Part shown: one piece after another, positions 55,703 to 64,000 of the stretch | Numbering within the stretch: position 1 is the stretch's first letter | Layout of the letters: each line of letters starts with the position of its first letter | Assembly: GCA_012295275.1 (NCBI GenBank) | Contig: CM022676.1 | Location: forward strand, 16,678,001-16,742,000 | Direction: 5' to 3' | Source: Chrysomallon squamiferum | Lineage: Eukaryota; Animalia; Mollusca | DNA: 64,000 nucleotides | Notes under the pieces: generated by a model | Database searches by the model: none | What the model was told of the DNA's origin: nothing | The model's input: only the letters and a program-made list of their open reading frames with translations | Position numbers and translations under genes: made by a program

Positions 55703-57829
55703 TTATTTAAAACGGGTCTCTAGAAGATCGTCCATTGTCGGAAAAGCCGAGAATTGCCGACAGGTGGAGGAAAAGAGTACGCACTGTTTCTTGTTGTCAT
55801 CCCACTCTCTTAAAATAGGACACGACTGGTAACTCGCGTTTCCATGGTTACAGTCGACGTACATGGAGCACGTGAGGCAGTGCTCATACAGACCGTGTAG
55901 TCGTTGATCATCGTAAATGGAGCTAACGGTGCATCTCGGTTGCTGTTGCTGCTGTGTATTAGCCGTAGACGGAGCAGATGTTACTTGAGCCGGTTTCTCA
56001 GAATTCATTTCTAGATTCTCAAATTCTGAAAGCGACTGTTGACTCTCTTGGAAATTGAAAAAATCTTTATCGAAAGGATGTCCCAGCGACAGTAAATCTT
56101 CATTCAGTTGTTTATGCATGTCGTTCAGGTCGTTGTGACTGACGTCGTTGGTGGGAAGTTTTATAGCGGACATCAGGTCGTCATTATCCTTGGAGTTAAA
56201 ACCAACCGGTTTCCCGCCAAAGTAGAGCGGTACACGAGGCTGAGAAAACGTCTCAAACTTGATTGGCTGAGCGCTGTCAAAACGAGGAAAAGAAAACTGT
56301 TTTTCTTGTAGGTTATCAACGTAATTGTTTATGTCAGAAGTCAGCATGGAGGCTGGGTTGATCTCACGTCGAGGCGGAGTTGTGCTGGATGAAGTCGTAC
56401 TTCTTCTAATCGGACTGTCTGTGACGTCATATGTACTGTAGCTATTGGTGACGTCATTTTGGTGTGGAGTATTTATATCATTATTTTTATTCTGGTTAGT
56501 GGATATTTCTTTTTCGTTCTGTTTACCTCTGACGTCATTTTCCTTCTCGTAACCTGAGAATTTTTCAGTCGGCTTACTAGTGACGTCATTTTCACTTAAG
56601 TTGTTTGTGACGTCATTTTCATTCAGGTTACTGGTGACATCATTTTGAGTGGGGTCACTTGTGACGTCATTTTCATTCTTGTAGCTCGTGACATCACTTT
56701 CAGTCGGACTATTGGTGATGTCATTTTGATATTCATTATTTATCGAGTTATTTGTAATATAATTTTTCATTCTTTGTACCTTCATTTGTTGTGACGTCAT
56801 TTTCATTCGCCTTACTTCCCAAAGAAATATCTGGGGAAAAGTAGGAGAACTTGTATTCGGAACCATCAGGTAGAGTTATCGAAGATTTCTTCGCTTTTCT
56901 CAGATCTGCAGAAATCATCTTCTCTGCCTCTGTCTGTGTCCTAAGAGAAGAAATAAAACAGTTTAGCACACAACCTATTTTGTGATTTCTGTGATGCCTC
57001 TAACTTCTTACAACCACAATAAACACTAAAACGACTACTTCAACAACAATAACAACAACAACGAGAATGTAAACAAGAAACTGTTATATTTACAGAGAAA
57101 TTAATGAGAAACTGTATTTAAGTTAGCACAGTAATGACTCACCCACAGTTTGCCTTCTCCTTGCTGACACATCTGCCGGTGGTGACGTCGTAGTTTCCTT
57201 TGAAGCAAACGACAAACTGGGTGCAGTCGGTGCAGTCGGGAAGTTGCGTGTTGTCGCCGACCATGCAGTCAGAACGTCGTGAACACGTGCTGTTCACTAA
57301 TCAAACCAAAACAACAGAAAAACAAAATAAATAAAGAAACAACAGATAAAGAAAACAAACAAACAAACAAGCAACAGATACATTAAACAACCACAGATAA
57401 ACAAAATAACAAAACAAAATGAAAAACCGCAGATAAACACCCAAACATAACAAAACAACAAGTAAACAAAATAAACAAACAGCAGACAAAGAAACAAACA
57501 AACAAAACAACAACAGATAAACAATTTAAATAAGGGATAATCTGTGAAGATTTATTATTTTACATATATAACCTAAATATATACGTGCGTCCGTGCGTGT
57601 GTGTGTGTAAGTTCGCACTTCTATGGATGGATGGGTGTAATATACGTGAGTGTTTAGACATTTTGTACTAAATTATAAAAATAAATAAATAAACAAACAA
57701 ACAAACAAACAAACAGGAGATTAGAAAACGTGAGTTGATCAAGTACTTACATTTAAATGGCGTTTGACTCCAGCAAGATGAGAAAGAAACTGTTACTATG
57801 GCAACAACAAACACTGCTGAAAGAGCCAT
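55703..57829 (-). CDS. Secreted chitin-binding protein: signal peptide - CBM14-like - N/D/T/S-rich linker - CBM14-like; +1 frameshift in exon 3
   Basis: Exons 57829-57751 (MALSAVFVVAIVTVSFSSCWSQ), 57296-57143 (CSRRSDC..PDCTDCTQFVVC..YDVTTGRCV..ANC) and 56940-55703 (ends YEHCLTCSMYVDCNHG..CPILREWDDNKKQCVLFSSTC); phases match; extra A in the run at 56763-56767. Confidence 0.8.
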
Positions 57830-58211
57830 CTGTAATTAAATAAAATACATATGGGCACACATATACATATACATATATAAACATTTACTACAAAAAGAAA
57901 TCACAATTTAAAAAATAGAACTGTTCGAGATAATAACTGTTATTATTTAATGGGTGTGTTATATATGTGTATGTAACAGACTCGTATCAGGTATGTATAT
58001 ATATATGTATCAGGTATGTATATATATATATGTTTCTATATGTATTTGAATGTATGTGATTTAAAATACACTTATAAAGGATCAAAGCATACGTTTCTGC
58101 TCTGCTAACAAGGATTAAAATCCAATCATTTACTATAAAAAAAGAAATCACAATTTAAAAAATATATATATATATATACACCCACACACACACATACACA
58201 CATATATATAC

Positions 58212-58243
<32 letters not shown>

Positions 58244-58254
58244 ATTTATGAATG

Positions 58255-58325
<71 letters not shown>

Positions 58326-58660
58326 TCAAAGACACACAGATATACATATATACAGATATACGCACGTATATACACACAATAAACCTCCCTTTACAATATC
58401 AGAAGGGCTTTCAACATAAATTATCTCATTTAATTAGTTTAAAATATATATAATAACTTTGTCTTAATAGAGACACACACACACACACACACACACTTAG
58501 AGACACACTCAGACACAAATATTCGGAGACACACACAACGACACAAATACAGACACACACTTATATTAGGTACTCCAAGCGAAATTTTCTCTGACAAAGT
58601 TTATTTGAGAATATGTTATGCTAAGTGTTCAACGCATATTCACACGAACAATAGCAAGTA

Positions 58661-58667
58661 CTTTATA
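58661..58667 (-). promoter_or_regulatory. Candidate TATA box of the chitin-binding gene
   Basis: TATAAAG on the minus strand upstream of the ATG exon, which starts at an acceptor and so needs a 5' UTR exon. Confidence 0.3.
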
Positions 58668-58885
58668 ACCTGTTTCCTTTTGAAACAATGCAGCTTGTTC
58701 AAAGAAATGACTGACTTCCTTGTTCGAGGAAAGCTTTGCTGAAATTTCACTGGCTGCTCTAACAGGAAGACTGCACACTAGATAAGGAAGAACATTTGAC
58801 AAGTCAGTTTTTAAATAGTTCATAATTTCTTTTTCTGACTGAATCGATTTTATAGTTATTGTTATTTCTATTTGTACTGACGTTT

Positions 58886-58929
<44 letters not shown>

Positions 58930-58999
58930 TAGTATTATTTATATTATTACTATTCTTAGTTTATTATTATCATTATTACTACTATTATTATAAGTATTA

Positions 59000-59082
<83 letters not shown>

Positions 59083-59096
59083 GTTGTTGTTGTTTG

Positions 59097-59157
<61 letters not shown>

Positions 59158-59229
59158 GTATTATTATTATTATTAGTATTACAATTATTATTATTGTTAT
59201 TTCAGATTTCCCACTGGAATAATTCAAAC

Positions 59230-60926
59230 ATGCGGACAGACGTTTTTATTTTCTGTATTTTTCCTATAAGTTTTCTCATTCTGCAGTCGAGTACTGGTAA
59301 GTTAAATCTAAACTAATTCCATGTAGTTGTTCTTCTTTTCTTCTTCTTCTGAAGCAAATAGTTTTTAGAAAATTTAGTTGGTGTGTTAGTGTCAGTAGTA
59401 GTGGTCATTGTAATAGTAATAGAATGAGGGAGTGTAGTAGTCGTAATAATAGCAATAGCTAAAGTAACAACAGTAATAGTTATACAGTTATACTGTTACT
59501 GGTAATCATACAACTAGCGCTAGTAACACAAGTAGCAACAGCAGCAACTGTAGCAGTTGTAGTAAATGTGGAATATCTAAAAGTAATAATTAAAAACACA
59601 ATAATGGCTATAACAGTGGTAAAAAAGTAGTAGTAGTGATAGTAGTAATAGTAAAAGTGGTAGTACTGGTAACAGTAATAGTTGTAGTATTATTAGAAGT
59701 AGAAGTAGTAGTAGTACTATCAGCTATAGTAGTGTTAGTAATAGAGTAGAAGAAGTGGAATAAACAAAGGAAGAAGAAGAAGAAGAAGACGTGGTAGTAT
59801 CAGCAGTAATTATAGAAGTAAATATAGAATAAACCACTGATAATAATTGTATCAGAAATAACAGTGGAGGTTATAGTAGCAGAAGAAATGGTTTTAGTGT
59901 TTGTGTGAATAGTTTGTATTAGCAGTAGTAGAAATTGAGTAATATTAAAATAGTAGCATAATCAGCAGTAATAGTAGTAGTAATTTTTGTGGTAGTAGTA
60001 ATAGTAGTAGTAGTCATAGAGGTAGTACTAATAATAATTAGTAGTGATAGAAGTATTAGTAATCGCATTGGTAGTAATAGTAGTTGTAATAACAGTAGTA
60101 TCATTATCAATCTAATACAGCTACGATTAGTTATAATAACAACGATAGTGACTAAACTAAATCTCATAAGTTGTATTACAACAACACTAACTCATTTAAT
60201 TAATTAATTATTTGGAAATAAAAAAATATGTTTTTCTTTTGTATCAGTTCTAGGAGTAAAGTTTGGATTATTGAACGTGATACCTGTACTAAAAGGTGAA
60301 ATGATGTTTATGATGTGTCGTGTACTCGAGTCACAGAATCTGAATTCTGATATAAAGTTTGTACATAAAACACAAACTGATAACACTACAGTGTGTGACT
60401 GTGTACAGAGAGGAGACACGTGTAACTGTAACAGTACACAAAGTTACATTTGTAGATGTGCAGCACAGACAAACAATGGTAGCAGCGAGTACAAAGGCTA
60501 CACAGTTTCTAAGTATCACACAACTAAAGATGACACTGGAGTCTGGTTTTGTGGATCTGATCAACTTGAAGTGTGGAGTGAACCAGAGGTTTCAGTTATT
60601 TGTAAGAAAATATTTATCATTACTGTAAAAAAACACACACAAAAAAAACAAAAAAAAAAAACAACAACAAAGAAACACACACACACAAAAAATATAACAA
60701 TTACTCACATACAGAAGCATATGAACACAAAACAATAATTTAAGTAATATTATCTTACAATTATAAAAAAGAACAACAACATTTGATACATACATCTGTA
60801 TGTACGTACACATACAACACTTTTGTTATTATTATTCTTATTACTATTTTGTTGCTGTTCTTATTGCTATTAGTATTGCTGTTGGCGTTTCGTTGTCGTT
60901 GTTATTACTGTTAGCTTAGTAGTTGG

Positions 60927-60971
<45 letters not shown>

Positions 60972-61341
60972 CATTATTATTGTTATTATATTTCAGCTAC
61001 AAATCCTGGTTTATCAGTGTATTCCGGGACGGCTGTCATCAATCAAAATTTCACATTTGTTTGTTCTGTTATCAGAAATATTTATAAAGAAGATATCGCA
61101 TTTAAACGAGGTGATGACAAGATTTGTACATGTAAATATAAAACACAAACATGTGAAACACTCAAAGAGTCGACAGATAACTACAGATGTAAGTTTGTAC
61201 AAACAAAAAAGACATTTACTAACAGAGGTACACTTTATTTAACAACTTACAGTTTGACTGTATCTTCATTTTCTGACAACGACTGTAAGTCATGGACATG
61301 CAGCACTGAAAAAAGTAAGAGTAACTCCATTACACCAACAG
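59230..61341 (+). CDS. Cys-rich two-Ig-like-domain secreted/surface protein, intact within the window; 3' exons not identified
   Basis: Leader 59230-59296 (MRTDVFIFCIFPISFLILQSST, gtaagt donor); Ig1 60248-60601 (..MMC..CDC..CNC..CRC..DDTGVWFC); Ig2 60997-61341 (FTFVC..CTC..C..C..YSLTV..DCKSWTC, gtgagt donor); all phase 1, no stops. Confidence 0.85.
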
Positions 61342-61949
61342 GTGAGTATTTATTATTATTATTATTATTGTTATTATTATTATTATCATCATCATTGTTA
61401 TTATTTTAAAGTGGAGACTAAGAAGCCAATTTTAAGATATTTGTCCACTTCATAGCTGTTGATAATAAAACTGTTGATGCTTACACGTGCATTATCACTT
61501 TAGATTATAATAAAGAGTTTGATAGGTTGTCGTCATCAAGATCTTTTTGAGGTACACTTATGTGACAGGGTAAGTTAGCAATGAGGCATCCTATGAGCCA
61601 TGATGACAGCAAGTGAAAATATCTAGAAACAAGATTAATGCATTTCTTTTATTATTTCTTTTATTATTTCTTTTACAAATTTCCTCTGAGATGCACATAC
61701 TGTATAAACTAAGAGTGAATTACATTTTCAACACAGTGACATTTATGCTTAGTCTTGTCAAAGTCATATTGTGTCATTAACTTGGTATCCATGGTTTCAG
61801 TGCAGTTTCAGAGTTCCGAACTAATTCTGAATCGCTCACGATTAAACCCGTCACAACTGACACTCAACTCTACGATTCCCTTCTGCCTTTTAGTAGTTTT
61901 CACATCAGACTTAGGAATGACACTCGACTGAGCTAATTATTTCCTGCTC

Positions 61950-62690
61950 AGACTCAGTAAATGCACATGACGTAGTGTGCTGGGAGATTTCTCAGAAATT
62001 TGACTACATGGTCCACTTCGTCAACTTTTTGTTCGTGATGACGTTACACTGATATAGTGAAAAGTGCTCCGGTTTAGGCATACTTAATAATCACATAATC
62101 ACCTGACTTCGGGTCTTTGTCCTGAAAAAGAACACGTGCATCTTGTGTTTCCTCCTCAGATCTGCTCTATACAACACATTCAGCAGTGGATTTAACATAA
62201 TCTTCACGTGCGTCTACCAACTGCTGTTTAGCTCTCATTTTTGTTCTGCTCTTCTCAGATGAGATTCGTTTTGTGACATGTGTCAGTGAGAAAAGTGATG
62301 TTTGCCTTTTTCCTTGAAGTCTGTTTACTCGTGGGTGTTTTGGGTGTGGTCGCATCTGCTCTGGAGAAATGTTTACTGGTGGAAGCTGTTGTTGTGACTG
62401 TGTGCTGGTTAAAGAAACCTTTCTTTGTCTTCCGTTCTTCCTCTATACGTATTTCTCTTATATCACATACAACATTTAATATATCCTGAAGAAAAGTAAT
62501 ACCAGTAATAAATGATATAGTAAGTAGCATTGATGTGATCGCTGTATTTACTTTGCTTTCAAATGCAATGCGGGCCAATGAGTCACCTGCGTACTGGACA
62601 CCATAGAAATGGGCACAGTTTTCCCAGCAGCACTTTCTTTATGTTAGCCCAATATAGCAGACAACCTACTCGTCATCGACTACAACTGCA
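61950..62690 (-). mobile_element. Decayed pogo/Tigger-like (DDE_1) transposase C-terminal relic
   Basis: Broken frames give LARIAFESK..ITS..F.TGI, RKKANITFLTDTCHK..L and GDYVIIKY...VVKFLR, reminiscent of pogo-family C-termini; recognised by eye only. Confidence 0.4.
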
Positions 62691-63256
62691 TTTAGAAGTC
62701 AAAAAAAAAAAACTAAAAAAAAAAAAAAAAATCTTTATAGGATCTACTAAATATGTATTACCACTTCAATATTAAATTATTACCAAAAAAGAAAAATATT
62801 ACTCAATGGAATAAAAAAAATACTTTTTAAGTGGTGTGTTGGTAACCCGCTCGAAAGCGCCTAAACAAAACGGGTGTGGTAGTTGTACTACAGTTTTGTA
62901 GTCAGGAGTTTATCAGCTGACTCAGAGGTCTTCATGGCTGACAGGTCCCCAGTTTCACTTATACCTATTGTTGTAGTAGTTGCTGTTGATTTATTTTCTT
63001 CTGATATTTAATGGTTTCATGATTATTTTTGTTAGAATTATCATTATCGTCATGGTTGTCATCATCAATATTATTTTTATTCTTGTTGTTGTTACTAGTT
63101 TTGTTAGTTATAATGGTGAATAACTTACTTGATTTCATTTTTCAAAGTGTTTACAGGAAACTGAGAAATATGTGGTATTATTTCGACTGGGCTTACACAC
63201 ATATATATTATATATATATATTATATATATATATATACATATATATATAATACATA

Positions 63257-63289
<33 letters not shown>

Positions 63290-63514
63290 TTTTTTTTTTT
63301 TGAATGCTTGTGTTTGTATAACTGTCATTCATTTCTTTTCAGATGTTTTTTTTCAGCACTGGGTAAACTGTAATTTCATTATATCAATTTCCTTCATAAA
63401 TTCTAATCGCTGCAGTCTGCTTTTATATTCTTTCACACTGTAAAGCTACTAGGACAGTATTCTGTTAAAAACTTTATTATCTTCTGTTATTCTTCCTGTT
63501 AGTGTTATTCTTAA

Positions 63515-64000
63515 CATTATTATTATTAGTAGTATTAGTATTATTATTAGTATTAGTATTATTATTAGTAGTATCAGTAGTAGTAGTATCAGTAGTATCA
63601 GTAGTATCAGTAGTAGTAGTATCAGTAGTAGTAGTAGTATCAGTAGTAGTAGTATTAGTATCAGTAGTATCAGTAGTAGTAGTATCAATAGTAGTAGTAG
63701 TAGTATCAGTAGTAGTAGTATCAGTAGTATCAGTAGTAGTAGTATCAGTAGTATCAGTAGTATCAGTAGTAGTAGTATCAGTAATATCAGTAGTAGTAGT
63801 ATCATTAGTAGTAGTATGAGTAGTATGAGTAGTATGAGTAGTATGAGTAGTATTAGTATCAGTAGTATCAGTAGTAGTATTATCAGTAGTATCAGTAGTA
63901 GTAGTATCAGTAGTATCAGTAGTAGTAGTATCAGTAGTAGTAGTATCAGTAGTATCAGTAGTATTAGTAGTATCAGTAGTATCAGTAGTAGTAGTATCAG
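63515..64000. repeat. (TAG)n/TATCAG compound satellite
   Basis: agtagtatcagtagtagtagtatc units running to the window end. Confidence 0.95.

Noticed and set aside
63137-63190. Candidate downstream exon of the intact Ig gene (ttacag|gaaactgag...)
   Set aside because: No convincing donor, and no similarity to the paralogue's stalk exon

Overview
AT-rich, microsatellite-dense animal genomic DNA with spliceosomal GT-AG introns. Molluscan, cephalopod-like origin is inferred from repeat content and protein types, not proven. There is one 200-N assembly gap at 52931-53130. Most ORF-track entries are simple-repeat artefacts; the real genes had to be assembled by hand from short exons. The window is a rearranged cluster of putative immune/surface-receptor genes undergoing birth-and-death evolution. 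(1) A + strand receptor at 956-14614: four two-exon group-A SRCR domains, Ig, FN3, TM and a short tail with TYDNL, with one in-frame TGA at a conserved Cys. (2) A - strand ZNFX1-like helicase pseudogene (20.4-22.4 kb) fused to a 27-bp/9-aa repeat gene with periodic Asp-Tyr motifs (17.5-20.4 kb). (3) A Cys-rich two-Ig-domain gene family, with one pseudogene (33.4-35.4 kb) and one copy intact within the window (59.2-61.3 kb). (4) Two copies of a TATA promoter plus signal-peptide exon cassette (38.9 and 54.8 kb). (5) A collapsed duplicate of the first 18 kb lacking the whole SRCR gene body (41.5-43.7 kb). (6) A second SRCR array with permuted domain order (48.9-52.4 kb). (7) A - strand secreted chitin-binding (CBM14-like) gene with a homopolymer frameshift (55.7-57.8 kb). 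There are also minisatellites and decayed transposon relics. All exon boundaries and homologies were read by eye; no database searches were run.
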